NCBI GenBank assembly: GCA_964424335.1
Contig: CAYRIY010000008.1
Coordinates: forward strand, 1-61,577
Reading direction: 5' to 3'
From: an uncultured Clostridia bacterium
GTDB lineage: Bacteria; Bacillota; Limnochordia; DTU080; RSA5
DNA: 61,577 nt
Each line of letters starts with the position of its first letter. Position 1 is the first letter of the stretch. Made by a program: the position numbers and the translations under genes. Positions 21,004-30,606 of this stretch are shown here, in pieces. Under the pieces are notes generated by a model that worked only from the letters and a program-made list of their open reading frames with translations, searched no databases and was not told where the DNA came from.

Positions 21004-21888
21004 CTATGCATCAGCCAGATTGAGCATGGCAAAGGCGCGTTCTGCCAGGCCGACAGGGCCCTCACCGCGCACGGCGACTCGCTGCACGGGCGAATCGAGG
21101 TCGACCGCGACCGCGGCCTCAAAGGTCCAACCCAAGTCGTCCCGCCTACAGAGGGCGCCGACCGGAGCGTGGCACCCACCGCGGATGAGTGCGAGCAAGC
21201 GGCGCTCCTCCAACACCGCCAACCGGTCACCCGGGTCGTCGACCGCCTCGAGCGCCGCACGAAGCTTTACATCGGCCGACCGACATTGGACGGCGAGAGC
21301 CCCTTGCCCCGGGGCCGGCAACATGATCGAGAACGGAATGGGACGAGCGGTCACCTCGATGCCGCTTCGCCTTATTCCCGCAACCGCCAGCACCGTGGCG
21401 TCGTAGGCGCCGCTTTCGACCTTGGCAGCGCGCGTCTCGACATTTCCCCGGATTCCCTCGAAGCAGAGGTCGGGACGGGCTGCCGCAAGCTGCACCTGCC
21501 GCCTTGGGGATCCCGTTCCCACTTTGGCCCCGTCCGGCAGGCTCGCCAAATCCAGCCCGTCCTTCGTGACGAGCGCGTCCCGTGGGTCTTCTCTCTTTGG
21601 AACAGCTGCCACCACAAGGCCGTCGGTCTCCTTCACCGGGAGGTCCTTGAGGCTATGCACCGCGACATCGATGTCACCGTTTTGGAGAGCGCGCTCGACT
21701 TCGGTAACGAATACGCCGCGCCCGCCCATCTGAGGCAAGGGGGTTTGGCGATCGATGTCGCCCTCGGTGCGCATAGGCACCACCTCAAATCGCAGCTCCG
21801 GGTGTGCACGCTGCAGCCTTTCGATCACCCACCCAGTCTGTGCCTGAGCTAATCTACTCGCACGGGTGCCGACGCGAATCACGGTCAA
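21004..21888 (-). CDS. hemC: Hydroxymethylbilane synthase
   Basis: GTRASRLAQAQ, TEGD, GRGVF, VHSLKD, GTGSPRR, IRGNVETR, PAPGQGAL, GGCHAPVG (cofactor Cys). Confidence 0.96.
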   Translation of the reverse strand: MTVIRVGTRASRLAQAQTGWVIERLQRAHPELRFEVVPMRTEGDIDRQTPLPQMGGRGVFVTEVERALQNGDIDVAVHSLKDLPVKETDGLVVAAVPKREDPRDALVTKDGLDLASLPDGAKVGTGSPRRQVQLAAARPDLCFEGIRGNVETRAAKVESGAYDATVLAVAGIRRSGIEVTARPIPFSIMLPAPGQGALAVQCRSADVKLRAALEAVDDPGDRLAVLEERRLLALIRGGCHAPVGALCRRDDLGWTFEAAVAVDLDSPVQRVAVRGEGPVGLAERAFAMLNLADA

Positions 21889-22039
21889 TCCCCCATATCA
21901 CATTGGAAATCCGTCTGCCACACATCCCCGCTTGCCGCCCACTAGGGCCGGCGATGCCGGGCGCAAAGATCTTCATCCGCGCCTTGACGCTTGCCGTGCT
22001 GACAAGGTCGGGCGGCCAAGCGAATCGCTTTATGACGTT

Positions 22040-22864
22040 TCAAAAGCTGTGGACCCCATGAGTCAAGAGGCTGATCCCAAGGTAGTTGAAGATGACGGCA
22101 AAAAAACCGACGACGGCGAGAATCGCCGCTCGACGCCCCCTCCACCCCCACGCGAGCCGTCCAAGGATCGCCGCCGCATAGAAGATCCACGTAAGAATCG
22201 CCCAGAGCATTTTGGGATCTGCGGGGACGTACGATCCCCAAACTTCCTTCGACCAGATGGCGCCGACCGCGAGGCCGACGGAGAGCAGAGGAACTCCCCT
22301 CCCGACCAGCCCCCACGAGAGCCTTTCGAGCCGCATCAGCGACGGGAGGCTAAAGTGCATGAACGTGAGCCGCTTTCGCTTGAGCTCTTGTTCTTGCACG
22401 AGGTATAAAAAGCCGGCAAGCGCCGCCAAGGCAAACGCGCAATATCCTAAAAACATTAGCCCCACATGCACGCCGACCCACGGGCTCTGCAAGATCGGCG
22501 GCGCTCCCCCGACGCCGACCGGGCGAAACGACGCGTAAAGTGCGCCGACCGAGATGAGCGGAAACACAAAGGCTCCTCCGACGCGAAGCTTCCACTTGAG
22601 CTCTACAATGAAGTAAAGCGTCGCCAGGAGCCACACCACCACAATAAGGCTGTCGAAGAACGAGCCGATAGGCACCCTTCCCGCAAAGATCGTACGCAAG
22701 ACGCCCCCGGTCGTGAGCGCAACGTAACCGATCAAGGCAAGCACCGACGCCCAAAAGCCCGTGTCGTTTCGCCGATGGCGCACGAAACTTACGTACATGG
22801 CGGACGAAGCCGAAAAAGCGATCCCCGAAATGAGCAGGATCGCCAGAAGAATTGGACCTACCAA
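22040..22864 (-). CDS. hemX: HemX/CcsA-family membrane protein
   Basis: About 8 TM segments, VHV, YLVQEQELKRK, GAIWSKEVWG..DPK; lies between hemA and hemC as in hemAXC. Confidence 0.85.
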   Translation of the reverse strand: MVGPILLAILLISGIAFSASSAMYVSFVRHRRNDTGFWASVLALIGYVALTTGGVLRTIFAGRVPIGSFFDSLIVVVWLLATLYFIVELKWKLRVGGAFVFPLISVGALYASFRPVGVGGAPPILQSPWVGVHVGLMFLGYCAFALAALAGFLYLVQEQELKRKRLTFMHFSLPSLMRLERLSWGLVGRGVPLLSVGLAVGAIWSKEVWGSYVPADPKMLWAILTWIFYAAAILGRLAWGWRGRRAAILAVVGFFAVIFNYLGISLLTHGVHSF

Positions 22865-24237
22865 CCCGCACGCCCCTCCAGGGCGGCCTTGCCAAACGCC
22901 TTCAATCTCACGTCGACGCGGGCACGCTCAGCTTTCGGCTCCTCTGCCCGCTCGGCATCCGCCGCTTCGGGGCCGCCCTCCTCCCCTTCCAAGTCGAGAT
23001 CGAAAAGATCGCCGACCATCTCCAGGAGATCGTTCTGGTCCGCCACGGCCGCCTTGAGTTTGAGCGTCGGTTCATGGAGCAACTTTCCTGTGATGGCCCT
23101 AGAAAGCGAGCGAATGTGCTCTTTTTCCCGATCGGAAAGGTGATCCAGCCGCCGGAGCACCCGCTCGACTTCCGCCTCTGCTGTCTCGTAAACCTTTTGC
23201 CTCAGCGCTTTGATCACAGGTGCGGCGCGACGCTCGTCCATCCAAACGGCAAAGCGCTTTGCTTCCTCGGCAACGATCTTCTCGGCGTCGGCGATGTACC
23301 GCCTGCGCTCTGCGAGGTTTGCGTCGACGACGTTTTTCAAGTCGTCGATGTTGTAAAGAAACACGCCGCCAAGGTCGGCCGCGCCCGCTTCGATATCCCT
23401 CGGCACGGCGATGTCGATCAAAAAGAGCGGTCGGCCGCGGCGCCCGTGCATCGCAGCGGCGATGTCATGTTTTGAAAGCAACGGCCGCCTCGCTCCGGTG
23501 GATGTGATGACGATATCCGCCTTTGAAAGAAGGCGCGGCAGTTCGGCAAGGTCCGAGGACTCTCCGCCGACCAAGCTCGCAAGCCGCTGGGCATGATCAG
23601 CGCTTCGGTTTGCGACGAAAATCGAAGACACACCTTGCTCCGCCAGGTTTTTCGCCGCCAATTCGGCCATCTTTCCGGCGCCGATGATCAGGACGCACTT
23701 GCCCTTTAGGTCATCGAAAATCTTTCTGGCAAGCTCGACGGCCGCGTAACTGACCGAGGCGGCGCCTTCGCCGATGGGCGTCTCCGTTCTCACCCGCTTG
23801 CCCACCCGAGCCGCCTGGTTGAACATCTGCGCAAGATAGGGCCCGATCGTGCCGGCGCTTTGAGCAATCGAAAAGGTCTGGCGCACCTGGCCGAGCACTT
23901 GACTTTCACCAACGATCAGCGAATCGAGACCGGCGGAGACCGAAAACAGATGCCTTGCGGCATCGAGGTCCGTCATGACGTACAGTGCGTCCCGTACGGA
24001 CTCGCCCTTGCCGAGCGACTCAAAAATGCGCACACCGATCGACTGAGCAGCGAGGGAGGACTCGGCAACCAGGTAAAACTCCGTGCGGTTGCATGTCGAA
24101 AGGACCGCTGCCTCTTCGATCGGGTGCGTTGTGATCGCTCCGAGGAGCCGGGCAGCTTGATCATCGCTTACCGACACCGCTTCTCGCACGGAGACGGGTG
24201 CAGTTTTATGGTTGAGACCGACCGTAACGACGTGCAT
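22858..24237 (-). CDS. hemA: Glutamyl-tRNA reductase
   Basis: GLNHKTAPVSVRE, LSTCNRTE, GLDSLIVGESQVLGQV, IGAGKM, DIAVPRDI. Confidence 0.97.
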   Translation of the reverse strand: MHVVTVGLNHKTAPVSVREAVSVSDDQAARLLGAITTHPIEEAAVLSTCNRTEFYLVAESSLAAQSIGVRIFESLGKGESVRDALYVMTDLDAARHLFSVSAGLDSLIVGESQVLGQVRQTFSIAQSAGTIGPYLAQMFNQAARVGKRVRTETPIGEGAASVSYAAVELARKIFDDLKGKCVLIIGAGKMAELAAKNLAEQGVSSIFVANRSADHAQRLASLVGGESSDLAELPRLLSKADIVITSTGARRPLLSKHDIAAAMHGRRGRPLFLIDIAVPRDIEAGAADLGGVFLYNIDDLKNVVDANLAERRRYIADAEKIVAEEAKRFAVWMDERRAAPVIKALRQKVYETAEAEVERVLRRLDHLSDREKEHIRSLSRAITGKLLHEPTLKLKAAVADQNDLLEMVGDLFDLDLEGEEGGPEAADAERAEEPKAERARVDVRLKAFGKAALEGRAGW

Positions 24238-24337
24238 GACGTCAAAGATTCACCGCCATTTATCGATAAAAAGAGGATGGCTACATCTGAAGGGATGTCC
24301 ACATCCATGGTAGGTGCAAGATCGTCACACCGCTCCA

Positions 24338-24366
24338 ATTGTAACAGTTATTCGCGAGAGATGTAA
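24338..24366 (-). promoter_or_regulatory. Probable SigA promoter for hemA
   Basis: Minus strand TTACAT-17 nt-TACAAT with TG extended -10. Confidence 0.45.
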
Positions 24367-24431
24367 CCTTAATACCAAATCGGCGCCGCCGCTCTGGTCG
24401 CACACTTGAACCTGCCCTCGTGGAAGATGCG

Positions 24432-24482
24432 CGTCAGATTATTTTACATCTTCTTGACGCGAATGGAGCGAGATGGTATCAT
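24432..24482 (+). promoter_or_regulatory. GlnR/TnrA box plus SigA promoter of glnR
   Basis: CGTCA-gattatt-TTACA (24432-24448; one mismatch to TGTNA-N7-TNACA) just upstream of TTGACG(24454)-17 nt-TATCAT(24477), with TG extension. Confidence 0.75.
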
Positions 24483-24516
24483 TCATATACGATAGGCTGA
24501 GGAGGTTTCGCGCACC

Positions 24517-24933
24517 ATGAGCCGCGTAGACCGCGACATTCCCGTCTACCCGATCGGAGTCGTGCAAAAGCTCACCGGACTCTCCGGTCGCCAGATCCGG
24601 TACTACGAGTCCGAGGGACTGTTTACACCGCACCGCACCAAAGGCAATCAAAGGCTCTACTCCCCAAACGACGTCGATCTGCTGCTCAAGATCAAGGCAC
24701 TGCTCGCACAGGGCCTCAACATCGAGGGCGTCCGCGCGAGACTTGCGGACGACGGCGCAGAGAGCGAGGCTGGTTCCGAAAATCCGGCCTTCGAGCCGTC
24801 CCCGATCGATCACAACTACGTGATCACGCAGATGCGTTCGGGAACAAAGCTTTCATCGCTATTTCCCGTCAACAACCAGGCGGAGCTTACTCGCTTCCTC
24901 CATTTCCAAAGGAGCGAGGAGCCCAAGCGCTAG
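24517..24933 (+). CDS. glnR: MerR-family nitrogen regulator GlnR
   Basis: IPVYPIGVVQKLTGLSGRQIRYYE..GL..P.RTKGNQRLYS HTH; C-terminal QAELTRFLH resembles the GlnR tail; GlnR box upstream; GAGGAGG RBS. Confidence 0.82.
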   Translation: MSRVDRDIPVYPIGVVQKLTGLSGRQIRYYESEGLFTPHRTKGNQRLYSPNDVDLLLKIKALLAQGLNIEGVRARLADDGAESEAGSENPAFEPSPIDHNYVITQMRSGTKLSSLFPVNNQAELTRFLHFQRSEEPKR

Positions 24934-26102
24934 TCGCCATCGATGTGCACACGGGGGACTCGGCTTGAGATGCTGCAGACCACCTCATAGTTGATGGTCC
25001 CCAGCATCTGGGCCAATTCGTCGGCTTCAATGCGCTCGGCCCCATATCGGCCGATGAGCACCGCATGGTCGCCGGGCGCAACCGCGTCGTTGCCGACATC
25101 GACGATTGCTTGGTCCATGCAGATGGCGCCGACGACAGGGTACCGCTTGCCTCGGATCAACACCGAGGCGCGGCCGCTAAGGAGCCTAGAAAATCCGTCG
25201 GCATAGCCTACGGGGAGCGCAGCGAGCGTCGTCTCCCGGACCGTCCGATGCCTACTGCCGTAACTGACGCTCACACCTTTCGGCACCCGCTTCACCGCTA
25301 CGACAGCGCTCTTCCACGTGAGCGCGGGCAAAAGGCGCGCCGCGCCATGCAAATGCGGTGACGGCAATAGCCCATACAGCGCAATGCCGACTCGGCACGC
25401 GTTTGTCCTTCCCGGATCGTGTTGCAGCAAGCCGCCTGAGTTGAGCGCGTGTTTCTGCGGCGGTCGGACGCCTCGTGCCTCAAGGGCCGTTAAGACGTCG
25501 TCGAACATTCGTAGCTGCCGGACGGTAAACGTGCGGTCTTCCTCATCCGCGGTGGCCAGGTGCGTGAAGACACCGTGTAAGTGCAAGGACTGGGCGTCTG
25601 CAATCGCCTTTGACGCCTCGATCGCTTCTTCCGGCCGCACGCCAAGTCGGCTCATCCCCGTATCGACTTTCAAGTGCGCCCGGAGACGATGGTTCGATCC
25701 GCTGCCCACGAGCGCCCTGGACTCCGCGCCGACGGCCTTTGCTTGCTCGTGGCTCGCGACCGTCACATCGAGCTGATGCTCCACGTAAGCCCGGGCCGTC
25801 CCCGGGACATACGCGCCCATGACCAAGATTTGACCGCCAATGCCCCCTCTTCGTAGGCCGATGCCCTCCTCGACCGTGGCTACCGCAAGGCCCGTCGCTC
25901 CCCCTGCGAGCGCCGCCCGGGCACACTCTACGGCCCCATGGCCGTAGGCGTTCGCCTTGACGACGGCAAAGAGGTTCAATCCCTTGGCGCGGGCAAGGCC
26001 CACCAACGCTCTGGCATTCCCACGCACGGCAGATAGATCGATCTCTGCCCAGGTCGGTCGAAATCGCTCTTCTGTGATGAGCTCGCGGTCATCGCGCGTC
26101 AT
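24930..26102 (-). CDS. alr: Alanine racemase
   Basis: AVVKANAYGHG (PLP Lys), HLKVDTGMSRLG, GYADG, GAICMDQ, TINYE. ATG 26102 overlaps the nnr stop (ATGA). Confidence 0.96.
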   Translation of the reverse strand: MTRDDRELITEERFRPTWAEIDLSAVRGNARALVGLARAKGLNLFAVVKANAYGHGAVECARAALAGGATGLAVATVEEGIGLRRGGIGGQILVMGAYVPGTARAYVEHQLDVTVASHEQAKAVGAESRALVGSGSNHRLRAHLKVDTGMSRLGVRPEEAIEASKAIADAQSLHLHGVFTHLATADEEDRTFTVRQLRMFDDVLTALEARGVRPPQKHALNSGGLLQHDPGRTNACRVGIALYGLLPSPHLHGAARLLPALTWKSAVVAVKRVPKGVSVSYGSRHRTVRETTLAALPVGYADGFSRLLSGRASVLIRGKRYPVVGAICMDQAIVDVGNDAVAPGDHAVLIGRYGAERIEADELAQMLGTINYEVVCSISSRVPRVHIDGD

Positions 26103-27676
26103 CGCCTGGTCGCCCTCACTGCCCGCTCGAGCTCCGCAAACGCCTTGGCGACATGGAAGGCCGCGTCGGATGAGATCGTCCCGTGTAGGCCAAGTTCGTC
26201 GGCGCACAGCTCGCCCGCTCGCCCATGCACGTACGCGCCGAGCCCGCACGCCTCGCCTGGTCCGTATCCTTGCGCCAGGAGCCCTGCTATGACCCCGGTC
26301 AATACATCTCCTGTGCCCCCGGTCGCAAGTGCGTTGTTTCCCGACCCGTTGACGTATGTAGGACCCCCGGGGACAACCGTCACCGTAGGGCTTCCTTTGA
26401 GCAGCACGGTCGAATGCCATCGACCGGCAAGTTCGCCTGCTCTTTTGAGCGGAGCGAGTGGAAGAGCTCCCGGATCCGTTTCCAACAGTCGAGCCGCTTC
26501 CTTGGGATGCGGCGTCATCACCCGCACCTTTCCCCTGTTTACCTGCTCGGCTACGTTTGCTCCCAGCGCAGCCAACGCGTTGAGTCCGTCAGCATCGATC
26601 ACTGCAGGGCCGGTCCACCGCGCCAACGTGTCGCGCACCAATCGCTGAACGGCCTCGCCTTGCCCAAGTCCCGGCCCGATTGCGAGCACGTCTCCCTCTT
26701 TGAGTTTATCGAAAAGGAGTGAAACTGCGTCCTGCGCGAGGCTCCCACCTTGCTCGGGCAGCGGGATCGCCGTAGCCTCAGGGACGAGCGCTTGAATGGT
26801 CGGCGTGAGGGTCTCGGGACCCGCCCACACCACGAGCCCCGCGCCAGATCGCAACGCGCCCCTTGCCGTCAGGGCGGCGGCGCCCGCCATTCCGTACGTT
26901 CCGGCGACGACGACGACTCTGCCGAACGTGCCCTTGTGCCCGTCGTTTGGCCGGGGCTTCAACATATTGACGGCCTCTTCGCCGCGCACCCAAATCCGAT
27001 TGGTCGCTGACTCGACCAAAGGCCGCGGAAATCCGATGTCTACGACGTGAAGCGTGCCGCAGTACTCCCTCCCTGGAGCGAAGAGATGGCCGATCTTGGG
27101 AAGCCCAAAGGTCACCGTGACATCGGCATTCACCGCACCCGCCGGCGCCTCGGCCGTGTCCGCGCTGACGCCCGACGGGACATCGACCGAGACGACCCGG
27201 GCGCCAGAGTCGTTGATCGCGGCGATGATCCCTTTGTGGAGGGGCCTCAAAGGCCCGTGTATGCCAGTCCCGATCAGGGCGTCGACGACCGTGTCGGCCG
27301 TCTTGAGCGCGAAGCCCAGTTTCTTGATGTCCTGATCTGTAACGACCGCAATCGGGATCCCCATGCGCGAGGCCGTACGGAAGAACGCGGCGCTGTCGCC
27401 TTTTAGCCGTCCCGGTTCGGTGGCGAGGAAGATCCGCACCTTTGCTCCCCAGTTCCAAAGCGCCCTCGCCGCGACAAATCCGTCGCCTCCGTTGTTGCCC
27501 CCTCCGCATACCACATGGACGCGCGTGTCTCGCAAGTCACGGTCGCCGGCGCCGGCGACCGCTCGGGCCACTTCGAGCCCCGCCCGCTCCATGAGAGCCG
27601 CCGAGGGCAATCCGTACTCCTCGATCGCCCGCTTGTCAATCGCGCTCATTTCCTGGCCCGTGACGACCCGCACCAC
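26099..27676 (-). CDS. nnr: Bifunctional NAD(P)HX epimerase/dehydratase
   Basis: LMERAG, GGGNNGGDG, VDVPSG, HKGTFG, GPGLG, IDADGLN, TPHPKE, LATGGTGDVL. Confidence 0.95.
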   Translation of the reverse strand: MVRVVTGQEMSAIDKRAIEEYGLPSAALMERAGLEVARAVAGAGDRDLRDTRVHVVCGGGNNGGDGFVAARALWNWGAKVRIFLATEPGRLKGDSAAFFRTASRMGIPIAVVTDQDIKKLGFALKTADTVVDALIGTGIHGPLRPLHKGIIAAINDSGARVVSVDVPSGVSADTAEAPAGAVNADVTVTFGLPKIGHLFAPGREYCGTLHVVDIGFPRPLVESATNRIWVRGEEAVNMLKPRPNDGHKGTFGRVVVVAGTYGMAGAAALTARGALRSGAGLVVWAGPETLTPTIQALVPEATAIPLPEQGGSLAQDAVSLLFDKLKEGDVLAIGPGLGQGEAVQRLVRDTLARWTGPAVIDADGLNALAALGANVAEQVNRGKVRVMTPHPKEAARLLETDPGALPLAPLKRAGELAGRWHSTVLLKGSPTVTVVPGGPTYVNGSGNNALATGGTGDVLTGVIAGLLAQGYGPGEACGLGAYVHGRAGELCADELGLHGTISSDAAFHVAKAFAELERAVRATRR

Positions 27677-27691
27677 ATATGCCTCCCTTCG

Positions 27692-29047
27692 TCAGCCTAG
27701 CTCACGAGTAATGACGGTTGCGACCTCGTTCACGATCGCCTCCACATGCTCCTTCACTTCACCCTCGCCCATCACTCGGATGACGGGCTCCGTTCCCGAC
27801 GCACGCACAAAAAGGCGTCCCCTTCCCGCAAGGCGCGCCCGCGCCTTGCGCACCGCATCTTCGATCGCTTCATTCTCGCTTAGGCCCGCCTTGTCGGCGA
27901 CGGGCACATTGACGAGGATCTGGGGAAGGGGACTCATTACTTTTTTGAGTTCATGAAGTCCCTGCCCGAGACGGGAGGCGGTCTCAAGCAGCGCCAGGCC
28001 TGTCAACACTCCGTCTCCCGTCGTGTTGTGTTCAAGCAGGATCACGTGTCCGGACTGCTCCCCTCCGAGCGCGAGACCGTCTTTTAGCATCGCTTCGAGG
28101 ACGTACCGATCGCCTGCGGCGGTCTCGACCACCCGGCCCCCGGCCTTCTCCACGGCGAGTCGCAGTCCCAGGTTACTGTACACCGTAGCCGCCACCGAGC
28201 GCTTCGGCAGCTTGTCGCGCCGGAGTAGATCAAGGCCTAAAATCGCCAAGATGTGATCGCCTGTCACGATCTCTCCTTGCTCATCGACGGCGATCACGCG
28301 GTCGGCATCCCCGTCGAATGTAAGGCCGGCCCACGCTCCAAGCTCGACGACCGCGGATTGGGCCGCCTCCGGATGGGTCGATCCGCAACCTACGTTGATG
28401 TTCACACCCGTCGGCTCGGCGTTCAAAGTCACGACCTCGGCCCCAAATCGAGCCAAGACCTGAGGCGCCACCCGGGAAGCTGCTCCGTTGGCACAGTCGA
28501 TCACGATTTTCCGCCCTGATAGGTCGAAGTCAAAGATGCCGCTCAGGTAGTTTACGTAATCGTCGGCGAACGAGTCGGCCGCGCGGCGGGCGCCCACATC
28601 TCCAGCGACCGGGCGTGGAAGGTCATCGTTACCCGCTTGCATCCTTCGCACCTGCAACTCGATTTCGGCCTCTTGTTCGTCGGTCAATTTAAATCCGTCT
28701 GCCGAGAAAAACTTGATGCCGTTATCCTCGACCGGGTTGTGCGAAGCAGAGATCATGGCGCCTGCGTCAAAGTCGCCGCTTCTCGTGGCATACGCCACAC
28801 CCGGCGTCGGAATCACACCGGCCACCTCGCAGTCGACGCCCGCGGACGTGGCCCCAGCGATCAACGCGGCCTCGAGCATGTCGCCGGAGAGCCTCGTGTC
28901 CCGGCCGATCAAAAGCCGGGGACGCGTGCGCCCCCGGCCACTGGCGAGCAACGTACCAGCCGCCCGCCCAAGACAAAATGTGAGCTCGGGGGTTAGCTCT
29001 CGATTGGCTACACCGCGAACCCCGTCTGTACCAAAGAGTTTGGACAC
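27692..29047 (-). CDS. glmM: Phosphoglucosamine mutase
   Basis: LFGTDGVRG, SASHNP, FDGDADR, GGEQSGH, RASGTEP; follows cdaA-cdaR. Confidence 0.96.
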   Translation of the reverse strand: MSKLFGTDGVRGVANRELTPELTFCLGRAAGTLLASGRGRTRPRLLIGRDTRLSGDMLEAALIAGATSAGVDCEVAGVIPTPGVAYATRSGDFDAGAMISASHNPVEDNGIKFFSADGFKLTDEQEAEIELQVRRMQAGNDDLPRPVAGDVGARRAADSFADDYVNYLSGIFDFDLSGRKIVIDCANGAASRVAPQVLARFGAEVVTLNAEPTGVNINVGCGSTHPEAAQSAVVELGAWAGLTFDGDADRVIAVDEQGEIVTGDHILAILGLDLLRRDKLPKRSVAATVYSNLGLRLAVEKAGGRVVETAAGDRYVLEAMLKDGLALGGEQSGHVILLEHNTTGDGVLTGLALLETASRLGQGLHELKKVMSPLPQILVNVPVADKAGLSENEAIEDAVRKARARLAGRGRLFVRASGTEPVIRVMGEGEVKEHVEAIVNEVATVITRELG

Positions 29048-29051
29048 GCCA

Positions 29052-29762
29052 TCACCTTCCCAGGCTTACATCGCTGCCGAGCGCCGGAATTCCCGGCTCG
29101 CTTTCTTCGATCACGTACGCAATCTCGATCGTTCGCGTCGAAGTAGCCACCGACTCGACCGGACGCCCATGCTCATCAACCGGCTCTGCACTCGCCTGGA
29201 CGGAGGCTACCACCGCCATACCCGGTTGATATGCAGTCTGAGCTAATATATACGCAACCCGCGCCACTTCCGACTGCGCGCCGTACACGTCGACCGCACT
29301 CGGTTTGACGTCGAGCACACGCACCGACCATCCGGTCGGCACACCGACGACTGCGACACGGACGTCGACGGCGCGCTCCACGCGCGGTTCAAGGACGACT
29401 GTCACTTCACGGGGATTGATGCCTCCATGGCCGATGCCCGCGGGCATTCGCACTTGTACGGGCACTCGGTGCCGGCCGGCATCCAGGCCTTGCAAGTCGA
29501 CGAAAGCTTCGACATCGTCGGCTTGAAATGGTAACACCATTCTCGGGCCTTCTACCGTGATTTCGATCACTTGAGGCTCCGATGTAACTTCGAGCGCGTC
29601 CGGAATCCGTTCAAACGCCGCCTCGACTCGCACCGTGCGCCGATCGAGCACCAGATTCTGCTGTGGCGATCCGGTGGCGACCAGCCAGAGCGCCACAGCC
29701 ATCGCAAGCGCCAAAAGCCTCAACGAGACGTGCTGGATGTTCCTAAATCGCCATCGGCCCAC
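29052..29762 (-). CDS. cdaR: CdaR/YbbR regulator of diadenylate cyclase (short form)
   Basis: N-terminal TM (LLALAMAVALW), YbbR-like ITVEGP..AFVDL..G and PSAVDVYG repeats; synteny with cdaA and glmM. Confidence 0.85.
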   Translation of the reverse strand: MGRWRFRNIQHVSLRLLALAMAVALWLVATGSPQQNLVLDRRTVRVEAAFERIPDALEVTSEPQVIEITVEGPRMVLPFQADDVEAFVDLQGLDAGRHRVPVQVRMPAGIGHGGINPREVTVVLEPRVERAVDVRVAVVGVPTGWSVRVLDVKPSAVDVYGAQSEVARVAYILAQTAYQPGMAVVASVQASAEPVDEHGRPVESVATSTRTIEIAYVIEESEPGIPALGSDVSLGR

Positions 29763-29765
29763 GGA

Positions 29766-30551
29766 TCACAGTCCCTCCCTGCGGCCGAACGCAAGATTGA
29801 CATGAACTGCGAGCTCTTTCTTGATTCGCTCTCTGACGTCGTCTTCGGAGAGTCCCCGCTCGAGGCGCCCGGAACGAGCGACCGAGATAGCCCCTGTCTC
29901 TTCGGAAACGATGATGACGAGGGCGTCGGAATGCTCGGAGATCCCAAGCCCGGCCCTGTGGCGGGTGCCCAATTTTGTGCTCAAGTAAGGATTGTCCGTA
30001 AGCGGCAGAAAGCAACCGGCCGCGACGATTCGGTCGCCTCGCACGATGACCGCTCCGTCGTGGAGCGGCGTCTTCGGCGTGAAGATGTTGGCAAGCAGCT
30101 CGCCGCTCAAGGTGGCCTCGAGCCTTACGCCGCTCTCGACGTACTCTTCGAGGCCGACGTCGCGCTCGATGACGATGAGGGCGCCGGTGCGGGATTCTGA
30201 AAAGAGCCTCACCGTCCGCGCCAAGGTATCCGCGAGCTTGGCGATATCCTCGCCTCCGAGGCTGGTAAATCTGTTGAAGAGTTGTCCTCGGCCCAAATGC
30301 TCGAGGGCTCGGCGGAGCTCAGGATAAAAGACGATGGGAAGCGCAACAAGGAGAACCGTCGTTCCTTGATCCAAAATCCATCCGACGGTACGAAGCCCCA
30401 CCAGACCCGCAATGACGTTGGCGACGAGAAGGAGACCGATGCCTTTGAGGATCGCCGTCGCTCGAGTGCCGCGGATCAACATCATCAACTTGAAGAGGAA
30501 GAAAGCGACGATGAGGATGTCAACGGCGTCGATGGGGGTAAATGTGGGCAT
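29766..30551 (-). CDS. cdaA: Diadenylate cyclase CdaA
   Basis: Three TM helices, PELRRALE, TPLHDGA, LGTRHRA, VSEETG. Start at 30551 or 30566. Confidence 0.96.
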   Translation of the reverse strand: MPTFTPIDAVDILIVAFFLFKLMMLIRGTRATAILKGIGLLLVANVIAGLVGLRTVGWILDQGTTVLLVALPIVFYPELRRALEHLGRGQLFNRFTSLGGEDIAKLADTLARTVRLFSESRTGALIVIERDVGLEEYVESGVRLEATLSGELLANIFTPKTPLHDGAVIVRGDRIVAAGCFLPLTDNPYLSTKLGTRHRAGLGISEHSDALVIIVSEETGAISVARSGRLERGLSEDDVRERIKKELAVHVNLAFGRREGL

Positions 30552-30606
30552 GAACCGGGCGTCCACCTCTCGTGGGCAATATTCTTTTGCCCGAGGCCGT
30601 AATCCT

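Noticed and set aside
21929-22022. CGCTTG-CCGCCC / GGGCGG-C-CAAGCG long-range pairing in the hemX-hemC spacer
   Set aside because: A short GC-rich match plausible by chance; no riboswitch consensus (for example cobalamin) recognised.
24311-24332. TGTGA-like half site near the hemA promoter (Rex or CRP/FNR box)
   Set aside because: The second half site and spacing do not fit either consensus.
26103-26420. Long N-terminal extensions given by the ORF track for alr (also tpiA, ilvN, argG, argD, GH15 and the 42271 aminotransferase)
   Set aside because: They overlap upstream genes or terminators; downstream starts have clear SD sequences and match family N termini.
27677-27691. glmS ribozyme expected after glmM
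   Set aside because: Only 15 nt separate glmM and nnr, and glmS is absent.
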